Assembly: GCF_963506605.1 (NCBI RefSeq)
Contig: NC_083285.1
Span: 71,982,001-72,046,000 of the forward strand
Length of the DNA stretch: 64,000 nt
Direction: 5' to 3'
From: Zootoca vivipara
Taxonomy: Eukaryota
Shown: piece after piece, positions 1 to 10,496 of the stretch
Numbering within the stretch: position 1 is the stretch's first letter
How the letters are laid out: each line of letters begins with the position of its first letter
Position numbers and translations under genes: made by a program
The notes under the pieces: generated by a model
Databases searched by the model: none
What the model saw: the letters and a program-made list of their open reading frames with translations, nothing else
Told to the model about the DNA's origin: nothing

Positions 1-1630
1 TCACTTTCACTAATAGTTGTTGTGAGGATCTTGGTTCTTGGCTTCTGTGAGTATAAGAAACTGCTAATCCACCTAAGACCACTTTCCAGATGTTTCCTTT
101 CAACATACAAACACCTGAAGACTCCCTTTTATGTTGGACTCCCTTTTCAGTTAGAAATCTTTCAAAGTTATTAGAGGTAAATTCACCTCCTCTGTTTGAC
201 TGCACTCCAGTTATCTTTGCATCATATTTTGCTTCCACCCAGTTTACAAAATTCGCAAACCTCTATTTAGCTTCTCCTTTAACAAATAAATGAACCCCAA
301 ATGCAAGAAATTGTCAACAATTATAAGATTAAATTTAGCTCCTCACAGAGTTTTCTGGAATGGATCTGCTCAATCTATATGCAGAAGTTCTAGAACTCGC
401 TTAGGATTTCTTTCACATTTTGTGTTAATTGGAGCTGTTGTTGATTTACACTCCCTCAGCATTTACAGAGTCTACCTTTACAATGTGGGCAGAGAAACAC
501 CCCCTTTTCCTCTGTAATTTTCTTTCTCTATCTGTAGATTTGTAATCCAAATGTTTCCTGGGGCAATTTCCTTTAAGGTGATTGCCTGATCCACAGTTGT
601 AGCACCTACAGATTCCATAAACTTTCAATGTGTTGTCACTCTTTCTTTCTTCTACATTCACTTCTTTATTTTGGCTTGTTGAAACAGCTCTCTGCCATCT
701 TCCCTTGCTCCTGTCTTCTTTCCCATTCATATAGTTGCTGCCTGCTGTTTTTCTCACGTGCAAATTCTTTAAAGTAGTCCAAACTTCTTCTGCAGTTAAC
801 AGCCCTCTAACAGTCAGTAACTGGCTGTCTTCCAGATCAATAATTATTGTGTCTCTTGCTCTCTCCTCTCTGTGAAGCCATTCAGGAGAAAGTAAAAGTA
901 AAAAAAGGTAAAGGACCCCTGGACAGTTAAGTCCAGTCAAAGGTGACTGTGGGGTTGCGGTGCTCATCTCGCTTTCAGGCCAAGGGAGCTGGCGTTTGTC
1001 CACAGACAGCTTTCCGGGTCATGTGGCCAACAGGACTATACCACTTCTGGTGCAACGGGACACTGTGACAGAAACCAGAGCGCATGGAAACACCATTTAC
1101 ATTCCTGCTGCGGCAATACCTATTTATCTACTTGCACTGGCATGCTTTCGAACTACTAGGTTGGCAGAAGCTAGGACATAATAATGGGAGCTCACCCCAT
1201 TAAGGGGATTCGAACTGCCGACCTTCTGATTGGCAAGCTCAAGAGGCTCAGTGGTTTAGACCACAGCGCCACCAGCTCCCTTCTCAGGAGAAGGAGGGTC
1301 TGAAGGTGGGTCATTCATACAGGGTCTCCAGAGCAGCATCTCCATCTTGGCACACCAACTGGCATAATTATTTTCTGTTAGTTTCTCCATACTCAGAGAC
1401 ACAGACATCATGAAACTTGCTTGCTTCCCTCCTGCAGTTAAACGTTCTGCAGCTTCCAAAACCACTTAGCCACATAGGATTCACAGACCCCCTTTGCCCC
1501 CGAGTTATCTGCAAAAATTTCCTTGACTGTGATGAGTTCAGATTGCTGGTTTCCAAAGTGTGGGGTTGATTTCAGGAATTCTCTTATTGCTCTCTAGTGC
1601 TACCTGCTGCCCACCCTGGGCCCATAACCT
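1..1630 (-). mobile_element. Degenerate, internally deleted Ty1/copia LTR retrotransposon (internal region)
   Basis: Minus strand shows a copia-type PBS GGTTATGGGCCCA (1617-1629), gag N-terminus MEKLTENNYASWCAKMEMLL, zinc knuckle CYNCGSGNHLKGNC, and integrase-core remnants (KITGVQSNRGGEFTSNNFERFLTEKGVQH) near 130-290, with stops and frameshifts. Confidence 0.8.
896..1280 (-). mobile_element. Sauria SINE inserted in copia gag
   Basis: Sauria SINE sequence (tRNA-like head, GGGGTCCTTTACCTTT tail); TSD TCAGGAGAA at 882-890 and 1284-1292. Confidence 0.85.
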
Positions 1631-1631
1631 T

Positions 1632-2242
1632 TGTTGGTTGTGCTTCTGCAGCACAGCAGGTTCCCCTCGGACCCCAGTGCTGAAGTAACCACTTCTCAGA
1701 GAGACTGAGGAAGATGAGTTTTTCATTCAGAGGTAGCATTTAGATGAGCCAACAGGCAACCAGTCTAATGTAAGGATTTAATACAAAGTCTCATTCTCTC
1801 ACATACAAGAGGGTGCAGTCCTTTAAGTACAAGAAAATGGTGCACTTGTTACAGGAGTCCAAGGTTGCTTGCCTGTCACTTTGTTCTCCTGGTAGCAGAG
1901 GATGCTTCCTAGCAGAAAGTTCTCCAGTCTCTTTCACTCTGCAGCAATTCACCCAGCCAGCTGTAATCCTCCTGCTGCAGGTCCCTGACAAAATGCTTGA
2001 CATTCACACTATCTCCTCAACCTCCGACAAACTCTGCATTATCCTCTCACACCCAACTCTACACCTCTGCTAGCTTGCATACACAGTTCCCTTTTAAGGA
2101 GACTGTTCACGAGAGTCACAAGACAAAACACACTGACTCAGAAGCTGGACCTTAGTTATAGCCACCTGTTTCACAGCTGTCGCAGTTAACTCCTTTATGT
2201 AATTTATCCTTTGTAAAACACAATGGTAACACATATACCAAC
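1632..2242 (-). mobile_element. Probable 5' LTR of the copia element
   Basis: Begins TGTTGG right next to the PBS and ends ...CCAACA; distal end uncertain because a SINE inserted there. Confidence 0.5.
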
Positions 2243-2271
2243 AATGTGTTGGTATATTGGTAACAATGGTT

Positions 2272-2630
2272 GGGACGCGGGTGGCGCTGTGGTCTAAACT
2301 GCAGAGCCTAGGGCTTGCTGATCAGAAGGTCAGAAGGTTGGCGGTTTGAATCCCCATGATGGGATGAGCTCCTGTTGCTTGGTCCCTGCTCCTGCCAACC
2401 TAGCAGTTCGAAAGCATGTCAAAGTGCAAGTAGATAAATATGTACCGCTTCGGTGGGAAGGTAAATGGCATTTCCGTGCACTGCTCTGGTTCGCCAGAAG
2501 CGGCTTTGCCATGCTGGCCACATGACCTGGAAGCTGTACGCCGGCTCCCTCAGCCAGTAAAGCGAGATGAGCGCCGCAACCCCAGAGTTGTTCGCAACTG
2601 GACCTAACGATCAGGGGTCCCTTTACCTTT
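2272..2630 (+). mobile_element. Sauria SINE, full length
   Basis: GGGACGCGGGTGGCGCTGTGG...GGGGTCCCTTTACCTTT; 13-bp TSD TATACCAACAATG at 2234-2246 and 2630-2642. Confidence 0.9.
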
Positions 2631-2668
2631 ATACCAACAATGACTTTTTGAGCAACCTTTTTGGAGAG

Positions 2669-3088
2669 TGTCAGGAGTATGGGCAGGAGTCAGGCTCTGG
2701 GGCCTGTAGTGCTTTGTAGGACTGGGGCCTGCCTCAGCTTGTGCTGGAGAAGCAAGGAGTGGCCACTCAGGTGAGGCCACTTGATACTCACTGCACCTGG
2801 TGGCAGGAACTGGGAGGGATAAAAGCTCAGTGTTTCCCTTCAGCTCTTTGCCACAGCAACGCTATTCCCGCCTTGTTGCATCTGGCCTCTTGCTCCTTGC
2901 TCCTTGGACCCTCGCCCTGCCGACGCCTTGCTCCTTGACTCCCAGACCTTCGCCTCCTCCTTGACCCTGCGACTGCCTGCTGCTGGACCCTCAGCCCTGC
3001 ACCTGTTCCTGCTTCTACACCACCATCTTGCCTCTGGTCCTGACGTCCTCAGCCAGGGCTTCAACCGCCCGCTGACCGGACTGTGACA
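2669..3088 (+). mobile_element. Solo LTR (420 bp)
   Basis: TGTCA...TGACA termini, 5-bp TSD GAGAG (2664-2668, 3089-3093), TATA-like GATAAAAG near 2818. Confidence 0.75.
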
Positions 3089-3815
3089 GAGAGGCACCAT
3101 AGCCTGATTTGCATGTGGAAGGAAAGAAAGAAAGAAAGAAAGAAGGAAAGAAATCCAAGTTCCATCCCTGGCATCTCACCTAGCAGGTGGTGAGAAAGAC
3201 CCTTCTCTGCCTGAGGTTTGGGAGAGCTGGGACTAGGCTCAAAAGCTATTCTGGGCTGGATGAACCTGACCTGGTCCAAAGCCTTGGGCAAGTCACCCAA
3301 CAGGTGCCAAACAATGATGGCTCTTGTCATAGTGCCCGGCCAAAATGTCTCGTTTTAACACTGCAAGGACTAACAAGGAGACTGTGGTCTGAAGATAAGT
3401 AAGACTATACCTATCCTGCCCTGTGCTGAGGTGCAAAGGAGATCTGCTTCAATGCATTTCTGAAGTTGGGAGAGGGGTGGGCAGCCCCCAGGCAGCTGTG
3501 AGAGAATCTGAGGCTGAAGGAGGGGGTGTTTCCTCACCTTTCCTCCAAGCAATGGGTGCTGGTGGTGCTGGCAGTGGGGACAAGTCTGGAGAACGGAGGT
3601 TTCTGTTAATATGGGCCCTGCTAAACCTGAGGAACTATCAGCAGCAGCAGCAATCCTGAGGAAGGAGCAGAGCAGCTGCCATGAAGGGCAAGCTCAATTC
3701 TGTGCCACTTTGTAGAAACGTCTTGAACATTTTTGCCCCACCAGAGTGTCAGTCATGCGAGACGTTGGCCTCTTGGATGATGGACTCTCCTGAAAAGCTA
3801 AAAGGCAAAAAGGAC

Positions 3816-3984
3816 ACTCAAGAGAAGAACTCTGGTGTCACAATGGAAGTGGAATCATCACATTGTTGAAAATGGAAGGTGTCCCAAGAGCAGAAAACCA
3901 TCAGAACCATCAGAACCATGGGCTCAAGAGAAGAAGTCTGGTGTCACAATGGAGGTGGAATCATCGCATTGTTGAAAATGGAAG
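3816..3984. repeat. Imperfect ~62-bp direct repeat
   Basis: CTCAAGAGAAGAA(C/G)TCTGGTGTCACAATGGA...GTTGAAAATGGAAG at ~3816 and ~3923. Confidence 0.7.
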
Positions 3985-4411
3985 AGAGGAGCCCTACTGT
4001 TCTAGGCCAAAGCCCCCACCCCAAGCCCTGACCACTTTGTCCACACAGGCAGAATTGGGAACACTTCTACAAAGCTGCAGAACTCTCCAAGATGGAGAGC
4101 ATCTTACTGCGAGTCCTGGAGGACCTGCTCCCTGCCCAGAGGTGTACTTAAGGGTTAGTGAATTTGGCCCCCGCCAAGGGTGCTGGCCTGGGGGGAGAAA
4201 GAATCACATTGCTGCTTGGCCCCCTTGGGTTGCTGGTGGTGGGCCGAGGGCAGTGGGAGAGCAGACGGGATCTTACTGGAACTTGAAGACTGGGCAGGTG
4301 AGGGGCTTAGTTCTGAGTAAATGGGCCCAGGAGTAGGCTGGGAAGCTGAACTGCCCAGCTCTTCCCAAACCCCTTGATTCCCATCCACCTTTGCCATGTG
4401 AAATGTTTTAA

Positions 4412-4558
4412 CAATGACTTTGTAGCAAGGGCATCTCTCTCTCCCTGACCTCCACTCCCAAATCTCCATTTCGGCTCTTATTTCAATGACTTTGTAGCAA
4501 GGGCATCTCTCTCTCCCTGCCCCCCACTCCCAAATCTCCATTTCGGCTCTTATTTCAC
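4412..4558. repeat. Tandem duplication, ~73-bp unit x2
   Basis: CAATGACTTTGTAGCAAGGGCATCTCTCTCTCCCTG...GGCTCTTATTT repeated head to tail. Confidence 0.8.
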
Positions 4559-5742
4559 CTCTTCCGTTTTCAGACAAGACTTTGGTCAAAGGAAGAGAGA
4601 GAAGAACAGGAAGCCCTTCTTGGGAGCCTCCTTGGGAGGCTTCTAAACAGAGGTTGGATGACCATCTGCCATGGAGACTTGAGGCAAACAGGAGAACCTA
4701 AAGAATGTACAGGACTTGTTGGCGTGCAAAGAGGAGATGTAGTGGTGGAGGAGAGGAAAACTGAGACAGACAAAGAAAGCTGTTTTGTTGATGTAAGAAA
4801 TAAATGCCTTTATGGTTGGAGAAGATGGGGCACTATCACAAATGGTGGGCTTCAAAGGGAGAGAGATGAATGCATAGCAAGAAGCTTCAGGGTCACTAAT
4901 AACTGTTGTGAGGAAGAATTGGGGAAAGTGCAGAAATAAGGGCTATAATATTAAGATTGTTATAAGCAAAAATCTGCCCGTATTCCCTTATGGGGTACAC
5001 AAGAGCCCTTATTGGGTTCTCCATCGGTCGGAGATATAAGAGAGGCCAACCAGAGAATTTTGAGAACCAAAGCCTTTAATTTTGCTGTTGCAACAGGGTC
5101 CTTCCCCTCACGCAGGAGAACAAGGAAGGAACCCAGAAGAAAAGAGAACCTCCACTTTTATCAGTTTTCCCATCACCAAGAAACACCCCCAATACATCAT
5201 TCCTACATCACAGCTATGTAATCAATACCTCACAAAAAAGGAGGGTTCAAGGTAGAAATCTGAAGATCTGATGGAATCCTGGGAAAGAATGGAACAACGA
5301 GAAATGGACAGTTCTGGACTTCTAATGAGAATAAAAAATTAAGAACTACTTTGGGGCAGAAAAAGATGAATCTGTGGTGTCTGAGAAGAATTGCGTTTGG
5401 CAGACTGCTTAGCAACTCTTTAATGTGATACAGCTAGGTGTTTTGCTGTAGTGTGTGCTTCAAATAATTGGAATGATTATAATATATATAATTGGCAGAT
5501 GGAGAATTAGAAGTCCCTCTTTCTTCTTATTCTCTTTCTTTTTTAATTTAGCTGTTTTTGACTCTTAGAAGTCCTCTAGCTTGGATTGATGAAGACATAC
5601 ACAGGAAGGGGACAGATGGAAGATGGGGGCCCCAAGTGGAAGGCAGGGAAAGAAAGGATCTCCTGGGGGGGGAGAAGCAGAAGCTCCCAGGTGAAAGCAG
5701 GGAGGGTCTACCTTTCTGTGTATGGATAAAGACAGGATGTAA

Positions 5743-6507
5743 TTGATGGCAGAAAGTGAGGAGGAATTAAAGAACCTTTTAATGAGGGTGAAAGAGGAGA
5801 GCGCAAAATATGGTCCTGAAGCTCAACATCAAAAAACCCAAGATCATGGCCACTGGTCCCATCACCTCCTGGCAAATAGAAGGGGAAGATATGGAGGCAG
5901 TGAGAGATTTTACTTTCTTGGGCTCCTTGATCACTGCAGATGGTGACAGCAGTCACGAAATTAAAAGACGCCTGCTTCTTGGGAGAAAAGCAATGACAAA
6001 CCTGGACAGCATCTTAAAAAGCAGAGACATCACCTTGCCGACAAAGGTCCGTATAGTTAAAGCTATGGTTTTCCCAGTAGTGATGTATGGAAGTGAGAGC
6101 TGGACCATAAAGAAGGCTGATCGCCGGAGAATTGATGCTTTTGAATGATGGTGCTGGAGGAGACTCTTGAGAGTCCCATGGACTGCAAGAAGATCAAACC
6201 TATCCATTCTGAAGGAAATCAGCCCTGAGTGCTCACTGGAAGGACAGATCCTGAAGCTGAGGCTCCAATACTTTGGGCAGCTCATAAAAAGAGAAGACTC
6301 CCTGGAAAAGACCCTGATGTTGGGAAAGATTGAGGGCACTAGGAGAAGGGGACGACAGAGGACGAGATGGTTGGACAGTGTTCTCGAAGCTACGAACATG
6401 AGTTTGACCAAACTGCGGGAGGCAGTGGAAGACAGGAGTGCCTGGCGTGCTATGGTCCATGGGGTCACAAAGAGTCGGACACGACTAAACAACAACAACA
6501 ACAACAA
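5743..6507 (+). mobile_element. RTE-BovB LINE, 5'-truncated, disrupted
   Basis: BovB RT C-terminus (MAESEEELKNLLMRVKEES...HGVTKSRTRL), frameshift and stop, (CAA)n tail. Confidence 0.95.
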
Positions 6508-6625
6508 TTATCCATCTGAATTTTGCCCTAACACCATCATATCGCGAAAGTCATTCAAGGCTGCCACAGGCATCATATTATTACAATAATCCTTTAAATA
6601 TTTCTATACATATCCCATTTCCTAA

Positions 6626-6801
6626 CAAAATAAAAATAAAATAGAAAAATTCCTTCCAGTAGCATCTTAAGAGACCAACCACGTTTGTGATTGGTATCTG
6701 AAGAAGTGTGCATGCACACGAAAGCTCATACCAATGACAAACTTAGTTGGTCTCTAAGTGCTACTGGAAGGAATTTTTCTATTTTATTTCTATTTTGTTT
6801 C
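6626..6801 (+). mobile_element. Penelope-derived fold-back mini-element with hammerhead (left part; tail resumes at 14744-14769)
   Basis: Inverted arms 6626-6697 and 6728-6800 around CTGAAGAAGTGTGCATGCACACGAAAGCTC; outer TSD CCATTTCCTAA at 6615-6625 and 14770-14780. Confidence 0.8.
6691..6734 (+). ncRNA. Minimal type I hammerhead ribozyme motif (Penelope-associated)
   Basis: Helix I TTGGTAT/ATACCAA, core CUGAAGA(+A), helix II GTGTGC/GCACAC, GAAA, palindromic AGCU helix III, predicted cleavage after C. Confidence 0.75.
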
Positions 6802-8799
6802 TTATAGCAAAATTCCAGCTTAAACTGAAGAAAGTAGGAAAACCCACTGGGCCAGTAAGATACAATCTGAATCAAATCCCTTATGAATTCACAGTGGAAG
6901 TGAGGAACAGGTTTAAGGATTTAGATTTGGTGGACAGAGTGCCTGAAGAACTATGGATGGAGGCTCGTAACATTATACAGGAGGCAGCAACGAAAACCAT
7001 CCCAAGGAAAAGGAAATGCAAGAAAGCAAAATGGCTGTCCAACGAGGCCTTACAAATAGCGGAGGAGAGGAGGCAAGCAAAATGCAAGGGAGATAGGGAA
7101 AGATACAGGAAACTGAATGCAGATTTCCAAAAAGCAGCAAGGAGAGACAAGAGGGTCTTCTTAAATGAGCAATGCAAAGAAATAGAGGAAAACAATAGAA
7201 TGGGGAAAACCAGAGATCTGTTCAAGAAAATTGGAGATATGAAAGGAACATTTCGTACAAAGATTACCATAATCAAGGACAAAAGTGGTAAGGACCTAAC
7301 AGAAGCAGAAGACATCAAGAAGAGGTGGCAAGAATACACAGAGGAATTATACCAGAAAGATATGGAGGTCTCGTACACCCCAGGTAGTGTGGTTGCTGAC
7401 CTTGAGCCAGACATCTTGGAGAGTGAAGTCAAATGGGCCTTAGAAAGCACTGCTAATAACAAGGCCAGTGGAAGTGATGATATTCCAGCTGAACTATTTA
7501 AAATTTTAAAAGATGATGCTGTTAAGGTGCTACACCCAATATGCCAGCAAGTTTGGAAAACTCAGCAATGGCCAGAGGATTGGAGAAGATCAGTCTACAT
7601 CCCAATTCCAAAGAAGGGCAGTGCCAAAGAATGCTCCAACTACCGCACAATTGCGCTCATTTCACACGCTAGCAAGGTTATGCTTAAAATTCTACAAGGC
7701 AGGCTTAGGCAGTATGTGGACCGAGAACTCCCAGAAGTGCAAGCTGGATTTCGAAAGGGCAGAGGAACCAGAGACCAAATAGCAAACATGCGCTGGATTA
7801 TGGAGAAAGCTAGAGAGTTCCAGAAAAACGTCTACTTCTGCTTCATTGACTATGCAAAAGCCTTTGACTGTGTCGACCACAGCAAACTATGGCAAGTTCT
7901 TAAAGAAATGGGAGTGCCTAATCACCTCATCTGTCTCCTGAGAAATCTCTATGTGGGACAAGAAGCTACAGTTAGAACTGGATATGGAACAACTGATTGG
8001 TTCAAAATTGGGAAAGGAGTACGACAAGGTTGTATATTGTCTCCCTGCTTATTTAACTTATATGCAGAATTCATCATGCGAAAGGCTGGACTAGATGAAT
8101 CCCAAGCCGGAATTAAGATTGCCGGAAGAAATATCAACAACCTCAGATATGCAGATGACACAACCTTGATGGCAGAAAGCGAGGAGGAATTAAAGAACCT
8201 TTTAATGAGGGTGAAAGAGGAGAGCGCAAATTATGGTCTGAAGCTCAACATCAAAAAACCAAGATCATGGCCACCGGTCCCATCACCTCCTGGCAAATAG
8301 AAGGGGAAGAAATGGAGGCAGTGAGAGATTTTACTTTCTTGGGCTCCTTGATCACTGCAGATGGTGACAGCAGTCACGAAATTAAAAGACGCCTGCTTCT
8401 TGGGAGAAAAGCAATGACAAACCTAGACAGCATCTTAAAAAGCAGAGACATCACCTTGCCGACAAAGGTCCGTATAGTTAAAGCTATGGTTTTCCCAGTA
8501 GTGATGTATGGAAGTGAGAGCTGGACCATAAAGAAGGCTGATCGCCGAAGAATTGATGCTTTTGAATTATGGTGCTGGAGGAGACTCTTGAGAGTCCCAT
8601 GGACTGCTAGAAGATCAAACCTATCCATTCTTAAGGAAATCAGCCCTGAGTGCTCCCTGGAAGGACAGATCGTGAAGCTGAGGCTCCAATACTTTGGCCA
8701 CCTCATGAGAAGAGAAGAATCCTTGGAAAAGACCCTGATGTTGGGAAAGATTGAGGGCACTAGGAGAAGGGGACGACAGAGGACAAGATGGTTGGACAG

Positions 8800-9227
8800 T
8801 GTGAGGGACAGGGGATATCGCGAAGTCCCTCCCCTCCTGAGTTCAAGCCCGTCCCCGAGCAAAGGGGAAAGCAGGGAGAGTTCCGATTCCAGTGGGGAAG
8901 CAGGAAGTCGTGTCCGAGGCTCAGGCAAGGTAGAGGAGCCAGGGTCCCAGGTGGGACAGGAAGGGGCAAGCAAGGGGGGAAGACCCATCCCTCCAACTCC
9001 AGAATTACGCAGGAAGAGGAGGGGCAAGAGGATGGGTCTGCCAAAGCTTTTGTGTTGGAGAAAGACGCGCCAAAAGCCATTAGGAGGTTCTGAAACCGAC
9101 TGACAACATCGCTCCGTGTAAATAGCAATGACTTGAGCACTGTAAATACGCAGCACCAATAAAAGAATAAAATGCAGAGCTGCGTAGCGTCGTTACTCTG
9201 AAGTAGTCCACTCCGGCCACTGTGACA
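8800..9227 (+). repeat. 5' LTR
   Basis: TGTGAGGG...TGTGACA; two AATAAA at ~9158-9172. Confidence 0.95.
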
Positions 9228-9269
9228 GCAACCTCCTAATCATTTTTGGGCTACTTCGGAGTTGCCGGG

Positions 9270-10496
9270 ATGAGCGTGTCCGAGGCGGAGAAGTGGCGGC
9301 AGATCGCTGAGCAAGCCCAGCTAGAACTGCAACAGCTGTCGCTGCAGGCGCAGGGAGAATTGAAGGCAGCTAAAGAGGAGACTAAGAAGGTCCAGGACGA
9401 CCGGCTACAACTTGCGGAACAGGTGAGAGAGCTCCAGGAAAAAGAGCAGCATTTAAGGGCGGTGGCGGTAGACCTCCAAAACAAGCTGGATGCAGAGAAA
9501 AACAAGGCGGGAGGGGCTCCCCAAGTCCAAGTGCTGCCAGGAAGGAGAGCAGGGACCCTTGTAAGCAAGTTCAATGGAGACCCGAAGGAGTTTCAGGGCT
9601 TTGAGACTGAGATCGTGTATGCTCTTGAGCTGCACCAGAATGAGTTCCCCGATGATGAGCACAGAGTAGCGTTTATTGTGGAACATCTCACCGGAGCAGC
9701 CAGGGAGTGGCTAAGACCATTAATCGCAACCAAGAATCCTTGCATGAAAAATGTCCAACAATTTCTAGAAGGTTTGAGGACGATGTATTCGTCCGATAGT
9801 CATTTGGACCAGACTAAGGAGGAACTGCATAATTTACGCCAAGGAAATATGACAGTTCGCGCATATTGGGCGAAATTCACCATGCTGGTGCACAGACTGG
9901 GGTGGGTTTTGGATTCGCCTCCCATGCAAGCTGCGTTTTACTTGGGTTTGAGCGAGGAGGTGAAGGATGAACTCTCGAGAGGTCCAAAGCCCAGTACTAT
10001 GGATCAGCTGAGCAAAGCAGCTCTGGCGGTGGGGGTGAGGCAGGAATCCCGGTGGAACGACAAGCAAGCGACGCGCGCAAAGCGGGCTTGGTTCCCACGG
10101 TCGCAGGAGAAGCCACTCCCTCAACAACCCTTTCAGGCCACGCCTGGAGCCAGCCAGGACCAGGAGCCCATGCAGATTGATAGCGCGCGCGCGCGGGCTT
10201 TTCAAACCCCAGCGGCGCCAAGACGCAAGGAGGGAAGGGGCGGGAATTGCTTTCTCTGCAACTCACCCCAGCATCTCGTCAGAGACTGCCCACATCGCAG
10301 GGAGTGGCAAGGAAAGGCGGGAACGGTGGTGCCCTCCCCCACTGACGCAGCACCACAGCAGGGAAACGGGAAAGCCTGGCTGCAGGAGACAAGGGGCAGC
10401 AGCCAGGCACAGTCAGCAGACAACAGCCCCAGCCCGCCCACCCGCACAGAGAGGAGCAGAGCCAGCCCACCCCTCCCAGAGCAGGAGTGGTTCTAG
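9270..10496 (+). CDS. gag: Gag (coiled-coil N-terminus, capsid, CCHC zinc knuckle)
   Basis: First ATG at 9270 (ORF track opens at TTG 9246); FNGDPKEFQGF, LRQGNMTVRAYWAKF, EPMQID, CFLCNSPQHLVRDC. Confidence 0.93.
   Translation: MSVSEAEKWRQIAEQAQLELQQLSLQAQGELKAAKEETKKVQDDRLQLAEQVRELQEKEQHLRAVAVDLQNKLDAEKNKAGGAPQVQVLPGRRAGTLVSKFNGDPKEFQGFETEIVYALELHQNEFPDDEHRVAFIVEHLTGAAREWLRPLIATKNPCMKNVQQFLEGLRTMYSSDSHLDQTKEELHNLRQGNMTVRAYWAKFTMLVHRLGWVLDSPPMQAAFYLGLSEEVKDELSRGPKPSTMDQLSKAALAVGVRQESRWNDKQATRAKRAWFPRSQEKPLPQQPFQATPGASQDQEPMQIDSARARAFQTPAAPRRKEGRGGNCFLCNSPQHLVRDCPHRREWQGKAGTVVPSPTDAAPQQGNGKAWLQETRGSSQAQSADNSPSPPTRTERSRASPPLPEQEWF
10361..10432 (+). promoter_or_regulatory. -1 ribosomal frameshift signal (G GGA AAC plus stem-loop/pseudoknot)
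   Basis: Heptamer in the correct gag phase, 6-nt spacer, perfect 10-bp stem 10374-10383/10399-10408. Confidence 0.85.

Noticed and set aside
2272-2360. tRNA gene
   Set aside because: tRNA-like head of a Sauria SINE, not a tRNA.
4958-5230. ERV-LTR-like segment
   Set aside because: Could not define a second terminus or a TSD.
8267-9103. 278-aa BovB-LTR fusion ORF
   Set aside because: Chance read-through from BovB into the open U3 frame at the insertion site.
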